NCBI GenBank assembly: GCA_963841565.1
Contig: CAWJCY010000007.1
Coordinates: forward strand, 89,526 to 153,525
Origin: an uncultured Nitrososphaerales archaeon
GTDB lineage: Archaea; Thermoproteota; Nitrososphaeria; Nitrososphaerales; Nitrososphaeraceae
Direction: 5' to 3'
DNA: 64,000 bases
Position numbers and translations under genes: made by a program. Below, piece by piece: positions 21,739-31,604 of this stretch. Within the stretch, counting starts at the first letter, position 1. Each line of letters opens with the position of its first letter. The notes under the pieces are model-generated. The model was not told the DNA's origin, ran no database searches, and saw nothing but the letters and a program-made list of their open reading frames with translations.

Positions 21739-23331
21739 GTGGACCACATTTCTGCTTTTGAGGGCTTGACCGTCAGGGATGATGTTCTCATAGAAATAGC
21801 TACATTTCTATCGCGTAGATGGTCTGATAGACCTAAAGCACTTGTAACGTTCACAGAAGAGACAAATCCTAAGACGAGTCCGGATAAGAGCCAGATTGCT
21901 CTTCCTCACCTTCGTGGCTATGCTGGAAATCGATTTCAGAAATATCGTCAGTGGCGTGTATCTTTGTGGTATGAGTCGATGAGGCTAAAGTATTCAACTA
22001 AGGTTCTCAGTTACGACCATGCCTTTGGTTTCGTGTTTAATGCACTCGAAAAGAAACGAATCGAGGTGATAGGCCTTAATGAATGGCAGGGGATGATAGA
22101 TGAAATAATATTTGACGAAGGAATTTCGTGGCTTAATAGACCTCTCCTCAATTCGTTGTATGGTGTCCAAAAACTAATGGAGGGTTTCGGACAACTATTC
22201 TTAACTGGTTATATTAAAGGCGAGCTTTTCTCCTCCGAATATCATAAAGTGGCTAAAGCAGTCGAATTGGCTACAACAGTTGTACAGGAGGCTCTTGCTT
22301 CTGATTATCAGACCAAATGGATAGAAGAGCAAGTTCCGCGGATAATCAAGATCTTGGAGGTCGATCCCTTGATCTTGGTGCCCTTTTCGACAATACGTTC
22401 AAGGTTTGGAATCTCTATGAGTGAATCTGAACTATCTCGACAGATTGAAAAAATAGTTAGGAAAAAACGAACAAGAGAGCAGAGCATTGAGAAGAGGGTC
22501 GACACCATAGTAAGCGGCACAGATATTCTTCCGGAGTATGAGACTTTGGTTCGAGAGAGTAGGAGGCATGAGAATGAAGGGTATGAAAATTTGGAGAATA
22601 TGGGGATTAGCATCCCAAATCGGTTGGATGTCAACGAGAGTCAGGTTTATGACAGTGACCTTATCCATAAGACAAAGGCAAAATTTAGGGAGTGGCGCAC
22701 AGGATGGATCGAAAGACATGATCGATTAGGAGACGAATTTGATGCAGAAGCATTTGTTGAATTCAATCCCACACCATTCATTGTGGATCTTAAGCTTGCA
22801 ATCAAGACGAGGGTAATGATCCTCTTAGATCATTCCAGTAGCATTCAGGAAGTAGAGCTGAAATACAAACAAGTCACTAATGCTCTATGTGAAGCCCTTT
22901 CCTTTTTGGGAGTAAGATTCGCCGTATATGCGTTTAGTACTGATGGTAAACAAGTGAAATGTTGGTTGATAAAGCCACCGAATTATCGTTGGTCTGCAAT
23001 TTGTACAAAAAGATTGGCGCAGATAAGGGCGAGTGGGGGGACACCCCTTGCGGAGATCTATGGTTTGCTCGAGCCAATGGTGAGGTCTTTCAAACCAGAA
23101 ATCTTTTTTACTCTAACTGATGGCGAACCTTCTGACACTGATGCGGTTCGGCATATGGTGTTATCATTTCGGAAAATTGGCAGTCACATGGTCGCGCTTG
23201 GATTGGGGAGAAATCTAGATGAAGCCATTTCGATCGGTCAAAATCTAAGATATCTAGATTATGAAAGAAGCTTGGCCGTAAGTAAATTAGAAGACATTCC
23301 GAAAAAAGTCATAGGACTATTGAAAAACTGA
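21739..23331 (+). CDS. CbbO/NorD-like protein with C-terminal vWA domain
   Basis: GDEFD, MIDAS DHSSS, GGTPL, LTDGEP; follows the MoxR ATPase. Confidence 0.85.
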   Translation: MDHISAFEGLTVRDDVLIEIATFLSRRWSDRPKALVTFTEETNPKTSPDKSQIALPHLRGYAGNRFQKYRQWRVSLWYESMRLKYSTKVLSYDHAFGFVFNALEKKRIEVIGLNEWQGMIDEIIFDEGISWLNRPLLNSLYGVQKLMEGFGQLFLTGYIKGELFSSEYHKVAKAVELATTVVQEALASDYQTKWIEEQVPRIIKILEVDPLILVPFSTIRSRFGISMSESELSRQIEKIVRKKRTREQSIEKRVDTIVSGTDILPEYETLVRESRRHENEGYENLENMGISIPNRLDVNESQVYDSDLIHKTKAKFREWRTGWIERHDRLGDEFDAEAFVEFNPTPFIVDLKLAIKTRVMILLDHSSSIQEVELKYKQVTNALCEALSFLGVRFAVYAFSTDGKQVKCWLIKPPNYRWSAICTKRLAQIRASGGTPLAEIYGLLEPMVRSFKPEIFFTLTDGEPSDTDAVRHMVLSFRKIGSHMVALGLGRNLDEAISIGQNLRYLDYERSLAVSKLEDIPKKVIGLLKN

Positions 23332-23389
23332 ATTCCTTGCGGGACCATCCTGATTTGATTTATATATCAAAACATCTTATGTCGCTAAA

Positions 23390-24055
23390 CTATTTTATTA
23401 ACCTTGGAGATTCACTCCTAATTTTTTCCCAGTCAGAAAGAAACGCTTCCAACCCCTTATCCGTAAGCGGATGTTTCATCATCTTGCCAAGAATATCAGG
23501 CGGAAGCGTAACTACATCTGCTCCAATTTCAGCAGCCTGGACAACATGAACGGGGTGACGTATGCTAGCCACTAAAACTTTAGTCTTGAGCTGATAGTTT
23601 CTGAAAATGCTAACTATACTTTTTACAATTGCCATTCCATCATGTCCGATATCGTCGAGTCTGCCAATGAACGGACTTACATATGTAGCCCCTGCCTTAG
23701 CTGCCAGTAGTGCCTGATTGGCTGAAAACACTAACGTGACATTCGTAGAGATTCCTTCGCCAGACAGGGTCTTAAGGGCTTTCAAACCTTCAGGGATCAT
23801 TGGGATTTTTACTACAACGTTCTCTCCATATTTTTTCAGGTTATGAGCTTCTTCAATCATTTGGCCTGATTCTGTACTTATCACCTCTAAACTTACAGGA
23901 CCGCTCACCATGCCTACAATTGTCTTCATTATTTCTTCAGGTGAACCCTGTTCCTTCGATAACAGTGTTGGGTTGGTTGTAATCCCATCCAATATACCCA
24001 TGTCATTGTACCTTCTAATGGAATCAATATTTGCAGTGTCTAAAAAAATCTTCAT
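23390..24055 (-). CDS. tal: Transaldolase (TalC/Fsa family)
   Basis: FLDTAN, GITTNPTL, VVKIP, NVTLVFS, YVSPFIGRLDD. Confidence 0.93.
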   Translation of the reverse strand: MKIFLDTANIDSIRRYNDMGILDGITTNPTLLSKEQGSPEEIMKTIVGMVSGPVSLEVISTESGQMIEEAHNLKKYGENVVVKIPMIPEGLKALKTLSGEGISTNVTLVFSANQALLAAKAGATYVSPFIGRLDDIGHDGMAIVKSIVSIFRNYQLKTKVLVASIRHPVHVVQAAEIGADVVTLPPDILGKMMKHPLTDKGLEAFLSDWEKIRSESPRLIK

Positions 24056-24062
24056 CCACTCT

Positions 24063-25034
24063 TCACTTCCTCTTCTTCACTGCCCCAGCGACCTTTTTTG
24101 CTACCTTTGTAGGACTTAGTCCATATACATCCAGGAGCAATTCTAGTTCTTCGTCTCTTGCTGATTCACCGAACACATCTGAAACGCCAATCCTTTCAAT
24201 CGGAACTGGATATCGGGAAGAAACAGATTCAGCGACTGCTCCTCCAAGTCCTCCAAAGATATTATGTTCCTCAACGGAGACTAATAATCCAGTGTCCTTG
24301 GCTGCCTTCTCAAGCAGTTCATCATCAATAGGTTTTACAGTAAACATGTCAATCACACGACAATTCAGTGAGTGCTCCTCTCTTAAAATTTCTGCTGCTT
24401 TTAATGAAGCGGAAACCATTAGACCACAGCCAACTAAAGTTGCGTCATCACCATCGCGAAGAAGATTTCCCTTACCCAAACCAAATTCAGCTGTGCTGTC
24501 ATCGTATAAGACCACACTGGGAGGCCGTGCAAGTCTTACATAAACTGGTCCTCTCGTATGGACAGAAGTACTGACAATCTTCTTAACAGAAATCGCATCG
24601 GAAGGCACAAGCACCTTCATATTTGGAATTGCTCGCATGGTGGCAAGGTCCTCTATTTGTTGGTGAGATGCACCATCTGGACCGACTGTTAGTCCCGCGT
24701 GAGAAACAACAAGCTTTACATCCAGGTTAGGAAAGCATATCGCATTACGAATTTGGTCGAGGCATCTGCCCGGAAGAAATGCGGCGTACGTGCTTGCAAA
24801 GGCGATCTTCCCCGCCATAGCAAGGCCAGCAGCAACAGAGACTAGATTTGCTTCAGCAATTCCCACGTTGAAGAATCTTTCAGGAAACTTATTACCAAAA
24901 TTCTTAGTCTTCAATGAATCAGTGGTGTCTGCTCCAACACAAACTATCTTTGGATTTTCCAACCCAGCTTCAACGAGACTATCGCCGTACGCACTCCTCA
25001 TGTCAAGAGTCGTCTTTTCTTTACTTAAGAGCAT
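24063..25034 (-). CDS. Transketolase C-terminal subunit
   Basis: NVGIAEANL, GPDGASHQ, GPVYVRL, EEHNIFGGLG. Confidence 0.93.
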   Translation of the reverse strand: MLLSKEKTTLDMRSAYGDSLVEAGLENPKIVCVGADTTDSLKTKNFGNKFPERFFNVGIAEANLVSVAAGLAMAGKIAFASTYAAFLPGRCLDQIRNAICFPNLDVKLVVSHAGLTVGPDGASHQQIEDLATMRAIPNMKVLVPSDAISVKKIVSTSVHTRGPVYVRLARPPSVVLYDDSTAEFGLGKGNLLRDGDDATLVGCGLMVSASLKAAEILREEHSLNCRVIDMFTVKPIDDELLEKAAKDTGLLVSVEEHNIFGGLGGAVAESVSSRYPVPIERIGVSDVFGESARDEELELLLDVYGLSPTKVAKKVAGAVKKRK

Positions 25035-26661
25035 GAATCTCTTCCTCTATTTCCAATTCGTTTGCGAATGGAATCAATATATGTTTACGGGTTTTAAGCC
25101 AGTCTTTGCGAATCCCGATACTAGTCGACAGTTTAAGAAGCTTTTTTTCCAAGACTACGTTTGCTGTATGTTTCAATTGTAGTAACGCCCCTTGAATGTC
25201 TGGGGTTCCATAGACTGCGTTGCCTGTGACCAGAATTCTAGCCCCCGCTTCATAGACTAGAGGAATTGTCATGGAGTCTATTCCACCATCTGCCTCAACA
25301 TATCCTTTGTACCCATTTCTTCTAAGTTCCTTAACTGCATTAATCATTTTTGGAAGAACCTTTGGAATAAATTTCTGCCCTGGAAATCCAGGATTTACAG
25401 ATAATATATTTACAACATCTATCGAGTCTAGGTAGTCCCAGATCCAATCCGGTAATGCTGAATCTGGATTAATTGCGATCCCTGGACTTATACTATTTGA
25501 TATAAGCTTGCCATTAATTTCTGAAAATTCATCCTGTTTGCACGCCTCAGCGTGGACAGTAATTACATCACATCGGGCTGCTATGTATTCGTCAATTACT
25601 GTTGCCGGGCTTTCTATCATTAGATGAGCATCAAATGGCATTGAAGTTATTTTTCTTAATTTGTGTATGGTATCCGCAAGAAAAGTATGGTTAGGAACGA
25701 ATCTTCCATCCATTACATCCAGGTGGATGATGTCCGCTCCTCCCCTTTCGGCCATTCTAATTTTCTCTTCATAGTTCTCCTTTCCGCCAGCTATGATCGA
25801 AGGGGCGATTAAAAACTCACAGTCAAGCTCTTCAAGTAGTATGGGTGTCTGCTTTCTAGGTGGGGCCTTACCATGCCATTGTGGGTTATTGGTCATATGT
25901 TTGATGCCATAGCCTTTGACAGTGTTAGCTATTATGATCGTAGGCTTATCCTTCACATCCAATGACTTGTTAATTGCATCTATCAATTGCTCTACCTTAT
26001 GTCCATCTATTTCAATGACGTTCCAATTGAAAGCAAGCCACTTGTCACGGACAGGATCAAGTGGCATTATGTCTTCAGTAAATCCATCTTGCTGAATTCT
26101 GTTACGATCAAGTATTGCAATCAAATTATCCAATCTAAATTTGGACGCTGACATTGCCGCTTCCCACACCTGACCTTCATTTGACTCTCCATCTCCAATT
26201 AGAGTAAATATGTGATTAGCATTTCCGTCTAAACGATTGGCCAGCGCAAGTCCCACAGACACTGATAATCCTATCCCCTCTGAACCTCCGGAATACTCGA
26301 TCCCAGGTACACTCCACTTCTGTTGCTCCTCAGAATAACGTACTGGATGACCTTGTAGTCGAGACCCAAATCCGCGCAGTGATTTGATCTCCTCGATTGG
26401 AAAATATCCGGATACAGCCAGTGTAGCATAAAATCCCGGAGCAGAATGTCCTTTAGAATTTATGAAATAGTCTCTCCCTTTCCAAAACGGATCAAATTGA
26501 TTATGTACTAATTTCCTGAAGTAAAGTGAGCCCATTATTTCGGCGGCCGAGAAGGAAGCCCCAGGATGACCCGAACCCGCCTCGGCAATTCCTTCTATAG
26601 CAAGCATCCTGACTGCTCGGATCTTTGTCTTGAGGTCTAAATACCGCATTCTCAAAGTCAT
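25021..26661 (-). CDS. Transketolase N-terminal (TPP-binding) subunit fused to ribulose-5-phosphate 3-epimerase
   Basis: SGHPG, SKGH, GDGE..N TPP motif, WHGKAP, then IAPSI, HLDVMDGRFVPN, DAHLM, PGFPGQKF, DGG. Confidence 0.92.
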   Translation of the reverse strand: MTLRMRYLDLKTKIRAVRMLAIEGIAEAGSGHPGASFSAAEIMGSLYFRKLVHNQFDPFWKGRDYFINSKGHSAPGFYATLAVSGYFPIEEIKSLRGFGSRLQGHPVRYSEEQQKWSVPGIEYSGGSEGIGLSVSVGLALANRLDGNANHIFTLIGDGESNEGQVWEAAMSASKFRLDNLIAILDRNRIQQDGFTEDIMPLDPVRDKWLAFNWNVIEIDGHKVEQLIDAINKSLDVKDKPTIIIANTVKGYGIKHMTNNPQWHGKAPPRKQTPILLEELDCEFLIAPSIIAGGKENYEEKIRMAERGGADIIHLDVMDGRFVPNHTFLADTIHKLRKITSMPFDAHLMIESPATVIDEYIAARCDVITVHAEACKQDEFSEINGKLISNSISPGIAINPDSALPDWIWDYLDSIDVVNILSVNPGFPGQKFIPKVLPKMINAVKELRRNGYKGYVEADGGIDSMTIPLVYEAGARILVTGNAVYGTPDIQGALLQLKHTANVVLEKKLLKLSTSIGIRKDWLKTRKHILIPFANELEIEEEIHALK

Positions 26662-27150
26662 ATTAAACCCCTCACCAACGAGCAACGCACCAATTCTTGT
26701 TCAATAAGATTGCGAAGTGATCGAAAATAAAAACATTAGGTTTATCATAGCCATTGTAACTAGCGGCAATTAATACTGACCCATGCCATTATGACTCCCA
26801 TCAGTTCAATATTACGGCTAGTTTGAATATTTGTGCTGGCGATTCAAATTTCCATTGTAATTTTTCAGGGTTGTTCTTCGCAATTGTTATTTTAACCAAG
26901 TTTTCATACAAATTCTCGTAGTTGAATTAGTCTCCGATCCATTCGCATTGCCAGAATGATAAACACCTTGAATGTACCCTATTTCAATAGGAATTGTCAT
27001 CAACGTTAAGTAGGCGTCCAATGATCCATTCAATGCCGTTTAATCAAAATGGAGTAGTGACTTCTGAATGTGGCATTTTATAAATTGTGAATATAATATG
27101 GACCAAATGTGTGATATACCTTAAAATAAAGTCCTAATAATGAGCACATC

Positions 27151-28671
27151 ATGGTCAAACTCATTGCCGAGCAGATTCCTGTTTCTGCCAAACACACGCC
27201 CCTATTGGTATTAGGCGTATTTGAGGATGAGGTTGAAGGTATAATGAATGAATTGGATGGGATTAGCACAACGATTGTCGAGGTGGTGGAACGAATAGTC
27301 AAGGACAAGGAGCATACCGGATCATTTGGAAGTAGCTGCATTGTCCATTGTTTCACAGGCCCTATGCAGAGAATCATGCTTTTGGGCCTGGGAGAGAAGA
27401 AAAATCTTGACAAGGAAAAAGTTAGAGTTCTTGCGGGAAAGGCCGCTGCGAAAGCAATGGAGATTAATGTTAGTGAATACAGCATCAAACCTTTTGCACA
27501 ATTAACCAAGGACTTCACAGAAGCCGTATGCGAAGGGACATGCTTGTCGCTCTATAAGTTCGATCAATATCAGTCACAGAAAATTGGCGAATCTTCGCAT
27601 GGTGCATCACCGGTGAAAGTTAGTCTACTTGTAGACGGTGACAGAGAAAAATGGCAGAGGGTATTGGATACTACAAAAATAATAAGCGATGCTGTTAATT
27701 TCGGAAGAGATTTAGCAAACCTGCCTCCAAACGACTGTTCGCCAGAGTATCTGGCTCGTGTAGCACTAGATCTTTCTTCAAAACATCAGCGAATCTCAGC
27801 TCGTGTAATAGAGCGTTACGAGATGGAATCTCTCGGTCTAAATGGAATTGTTGCTGTGGGCATGGGGAGTAACAGGCCTCCCAAGCTTGTCATTGTAGAA
27901 TATAGGGGAAACGAAGATAGCAGCACAAATGTACCATATCTCTTTGTAGGAAAGGCTGTTACCTTTGATACGGGCGGAATATCTATCAAGCCGTCGGAGC
28001 GAATGGAAGAAATGAAATTTGACAAAACAGGTGGATGTGATGTCTTAGCAATAATAAGCGGTCTGGCAAATCTTGAGGTGAAGGCAAATGTGATAGGAAT
28101 CATCCCCTGCGTAGAGAACATGCCTTCAAGTTCAGCATATAGGCCAGGAGATATAGTGAGGATGTATAATGGGAAGACAGTAGAGGTTATTAATACTGAT
28201 GCTGAGGGAAGACTTATTCTAGCAGATAGTATCGCGTATGGAATAGAAAAATACAATCCTAAATCCATCATTGATTTGGCAACTTTGACTGGAGCGTGTA
28301 TTGTAGCTCTTGGCTCTAATATTGCCGGGGCACTCACCAATAGCCCTGAATTGTTCGATAAGCTGAGACGGATTAGTGAAAAAACTAATGAAAAATTCTG
28401 GGAGTTACCGCTCTATCCTGAATTTAATGAGCAGATTAAGAGTAAATTTGCCGATATAAAAAATATTGGAGGCCGTGCAGGAGGGACCATTACAGCGGCA
28501 ATTTTCCTTTCTAACTTTGTAAACAAAACTCCTTGGATACATCTTGATATAGCAGGAACGGCATGGACTCAGGATGGAACATGGGATAAGAGTTACAATC
28601 CAAAGGGAGCAACGGGCTTCGGTATCCGTTCACTGATTAGGTTAGTCCTAGACGAGTCGGGTTCAAAGTGA
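27151..28671 (+). CDS. pepA: Leucyl aminopeptidase (M17)
   Basis: GKAVTFDTGGISIK, MKFDK, NTDAEGRL, DLATLTGA, WIHLDIAG. Confidence 0.95.
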   Translation: MVKLIAEQIPVSAKHTPLLVLGVFEDEVEGIMNELDGISTTIVEVVERIVKDKEHTGSFGSSCIVHCFTGPMQRIMLLGLGEKKNLDKEKVRVLAGKAAAKAMEINVSEYSIKPFAQLTKDFTEAVCEGTCLSLYKFDQYQSQKIGESSHGASPVKVSLLVDGDREKWQRVLDTTKIISDAVNFGRDLANLPPNDCSPEYLARVALDLSSKHQRISARVIERYEMESLGLNGIVAVGMGSNRPPKLVIVEYRGNEDSSTNVPYLFVGKAVTFDTGGISIKPSERMEEMKFDKTGGCDVLAIISGLANLEVKANVIGIIPCVENMPSSSAYRPGDIVRMYNGKTVEVINTDAEGRLILADSIAYGIEKYNPKSIIDLATLTGACIVALGSNIAGALTNSPELFDKLRRISEKTNEKFWELPLYPEFNEQIKSKFADIKNIGGRAGGTITAAIFLSNFVNKTPWIHLDIAGTAWTQDGTWDKSYNPKGATGFGIRSLIRLVLDESGSK

Positions 28672-28855
28672 AGGACGAGCATCTAGCCATTTAGTTACTG
28701 TTCGGAATTAACGACATGAAGACTGATCGAAATCAACCAAAAATTGGATCGCCCTTGATAGCTCCCTTCAGGATATAAAGGTGTCCGGCAATTATAGTAT
28801 CTGTCAATGGTGATCCTGCATTCCAATTTTTCAGATAGACTCGCTAATTGATGGC

Positions 28856-29395
28856 TTGATGAATATTGGAGTACCTTGTAGAAGAGGAATTCTGGACTGC
28901 GACGTGGACAAAACATTGCAGCCCTATTACGAACGCTGGCTCTGCAACCGAGATGGATTTGTCAAAGTTGACGACTCATCCATAGATTTCATCGGAATGG
29001 AGGAGGTAATGAGAATGGGACCATTCTTTGACATCTTTTGTATATTAAAAAACCCAAGCTTAATTGATTCAGATCGAAATGCTCACGAGCTTGTGTCTTG
29101 TTACCCTCAGTTCATGTTTAGAAATGGAAAGATAGTCTCTCTGGGCTGGACCGGAGGATTGCTGTCTCACTATCTGGCAAGAGATGACGCTATATCTGAC
29201 TCCATTGCTCGCATTCCTCCTGGAGAAGAATTTGCAAAATTATTCATTAGAGCTGCTGATTTCTGTTGCATAATTCAGACTCAGGTCTGGGAGCCATCGG
29301 GCCTTGTAACAGTTTATCCGTTGATAAATCAGATCGGAAGTAACATTAAGAATCTTTTAAAACTCGTTCACCTTGGCGAGGCGACTGAAATCTAA
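28856..29395 (+). CDS. Hypothetical protein
   Basis: 179 aa ORF, globular composition; start uncertain. Confidence 0.6.
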   Translation: MMNIGVPCRRGILDCDVDKTLQPYYERWLCNRDGFVKVDDSSIDFIGMEEVMRMGPFFDIFCILKNPSLIDSDRNAHELVSCYPQFMFRNGKIVSLGWTGGLLSHYLARDDAISDSIARIPPGEEFAKLFIRAADFCCIIQTQVWEPSGLVTVYPLINQIGSNIKNLLKLVHLGEATEI

Positions 29396-29436
29396 TTGGA
29401 AAACAGGGGCCAGAGTCCACCCGGAAACTAAAATAA

Positions 29437-29553
29437 AACGCCAGCACTGCTGTTTCCCAACCGCTCACGCAGGTCAGTATTCAGCAGCAACGATAGGTTT
29501 GACTTCCGGGTTCGGAATGGGTCCGGGTCGCTCCCTTTCGCTATGGCCGGCTA
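29437..29553 (-). rRNA. rrf: 5S rRNA, unlinked from the 16S-23S operon
   Basis: Minus strand reads GCCGGCCATAGC..GACCCGGACCCATTCCGAACCCGGAAGTCAAACC..GGGAAAC..GCTGGC, the canonical 5S signature; ends approximate. Confidence 0.95.
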
Positions 29554-29759
29554 AGAATTAGCGAGGCAGAAGGGTAAATTTAACCTTCCTATTGCCATGT
29601 GTTTCGCTCTTGTTCGTGGCTATAAAGATGGTTTTTCCAGCCAATTTCCCTGTGTGTTAGTTCTCATAATATGTATTTGACTTGGCTTTATTGAAGACTC
29701 CTGTTCCATTGGTCACAAGGCATATAATACATTAAGTAGAAGCAAAAAGGCAATAAAAG

Positions 29760-31565
29760 TTGGGCGATCAAACACAGAATACTCACAGAGTTGCGGTTTT
29801 GGATCAAGAACTATGTCAACCTAGAAAATGTGGCTTGGAATGCATAGTGTACTGTCCAGTAAACAAAACCGGCGGTGAGTGCATAATTCAGAGGCCATCA
29901 GATGGTAAGGCGCTTATATCCGAAGACCTCTGTACGGGCTGCGGCATATGCATAAAGAAGTGCCCCTTTGATGCCATTGTCATTGTAAATCTAGCAAGCG
30001 AGTTAGGCCATGAGAAAATACATCAATATGGAGTAAATTCGTTTAGACTCTATAGGATCCCCACGTTGAAGAAGGGTTCAGTAGTGGGTCTGTTAGGTCG
30101 AAACGGGATGGGAAAGTCTACAATTGTAAATATATTGTCGGGCAATCTTAAACCCAACTTTGGCAAATACGAGTCAGAACCTACCTGGAACAAAGTAGTC
30201 GAAAACTTTCAGGGAACAGAAATGAAGGTTCATTTTGAAAAACTTGCATCGGGTGAAATTAAATCCTCCATCAAACCTCAGTTGGTGTACTTAATACCAA
30301 AGGCATTCAAAGGCAAAGTTCGTGACCTCATTAAAAAGTACGATGAACGCAATGTCGCTGAAAGACTAATTCCAAGGCTTGGTTTGGATAGCGCAATAAG
30401 CAGAAATGTCGACGAACTGAGTGGTGGAGAGTTGCAGCGACTCGCTGTGATGATTGCAGTTTCCAAAGATGCAGATTATTACTTTTTCGACGAGCCTTCT
30501 TCATATAACGATGTATATCAGAGATTGAGCGTTTCTAGAGTTATACAAGAGTTGGCAGGAGAAGGTAAAAGTGTGATGGTAGTCGAGCACGATCTTACTC
30601 TTCTTGATTATCTGTCAGATAACGTTCATGTCCTTTATGGAGAGCCTGGGGCATATGGAATAACATCGTCCCTCAGAAGCACAAAAATAGGCATAAATAA
30701 CTTTCTTGATGGGTATCTCCCCAATGAAAACGTTAGATTTAGGGAAAAATCCTACAAGTTTGACAGGACCAGCTCAGTGCAGGACTTGCTTATGGATGTG
30801 GCTGTAACTAGCTATTCTAACCTGGCCAAGTCATTCAAATCTTCTTTCAAGTTGACTGTCGCAAGCGGATCTCTAAGGAAAGGTGAGATAATCGGTCTGG
30901 TGGGAGCGAACGCATTGGGGAAAACAACTTTTATGAAAATGATTTCTGGGATGGAGAATCCTGATTCAGGATCCATCAATACCGATGTAAAGATCTCGTA
31001 CAAACCGCAATATTTGAGTCAAGAATATGAAGGAGACGTAAGATCTGTCCTTACTGCGTCGTACGGTAACGAGATTGAGGGATCACTTTTGGAAGAACAG
31101 ATAGTATTGCCTTTAGGAATAAAGAAACTCTACGAAAAGAGTATCCAACACCTCAGTGGGGGAGAACTTCAAAAGATTGCAGTCGCGGCTTCCCTGATAC
31201 GACCAGCGGATATTTATGCTCTTGATGAGCCATCTGCATTTTTAGATGTTGAAGACAGGATTGCTTTGGCTAAATTTCTGCAGAGGTTCGTTCGAGCATA
31301 TGGTAAGTCGGCAATGGTCATTGATCATGACGTTCAACTTATCGACTTGGTTTCAGACAGTCTGGTTATATTTCGGGGGGTTCCTGGTTCAAGTGGACAT
31401 GCAACTGAGCCTCTTGCTAAGGAATTAGGTATGAACGAATTTTTAAAATCACTTAGCATTACATATAGACGAGATCAGGAAACAGGACGCCCACGAGTAA
31501 ATAAAGAAGGTAGCAGACTGGATAGGAACCAAAAGGATAGTGGTAATTACTATTATATTGAATAA
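29760..31565 (+). CDS. ABCE1/Rli1 ribosome recycling ATPase
   Basis: N-terminal Fe-S cysteines (CTGCGICIKKCP), two ABC cassettes with LSGGELQ. Confidence 0.96.
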   Translation: MGDQTQNTHRVAVLDQELCQPRKCGLECIVYCPVNKTGGECIIQRPSDGKALISEDLCTGCGICIKKCPFDAIVIVNLASELGHEKIHQYGVNSFRLYRIPTLKKGSVVGLLGRNGMGKSTIVNILSGNLKPNFGKYESEPTWNKVVENFQGTEMKVHFEKLASGEIKSSIKPQLVYLIPKAFKGKVRDLIKKYDERNVAERLIPRLGLDSAISRNVDELSGGELQRLAVMIAVSKDADYYFFDEPSSYNDVYQRLSVSRVIQELAGEGKSVMVVEHDLTLLDYLSDNVHVLYGEPGAYGITSSLRSTKIGINNFLDGYLPNENVRFREKSYKFDRTSSVQDLLMDVAVTSYSNLAKSFKSSFKLTVASGSLRKGEIIGLVGANALGKTTFMKMISGMENPDSGSINTDVKISYKPQYLSQEYEGDVRSVLTASYGNEIEGSLLEEQIVLPLGIKKLYEKSIQHLSGGELQKIAVAASLIRPADIYALDEPSAFLDVEDRIALAKFLQRFVRAYGKSAMVIDHDVQLIDLVSDSLVIFRGVPGSSGHATEPLAKELGMNEFLKSLSITYRRDQETGRPRVNKEGSRLDRNQKDSGNYYYIE

Positions 31566-31604
31566 TTTCCATTATTGTTACTATTAATAGACTTTAGGCT
31601 TTCC

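Noticed and set aside
26700-27150. 450-nt intergenic region with short minus-strand ORFs
   Set aside because: Under 40 aa, no motif; consistent with a divergent promoter region
24031-28340. Long antisense ORFs (24031-24543, 24790-25182, 27078-27518, 27816-28340; similarly 61496-61957)
   Set aside because: Shadow frames opposite well-supported genes
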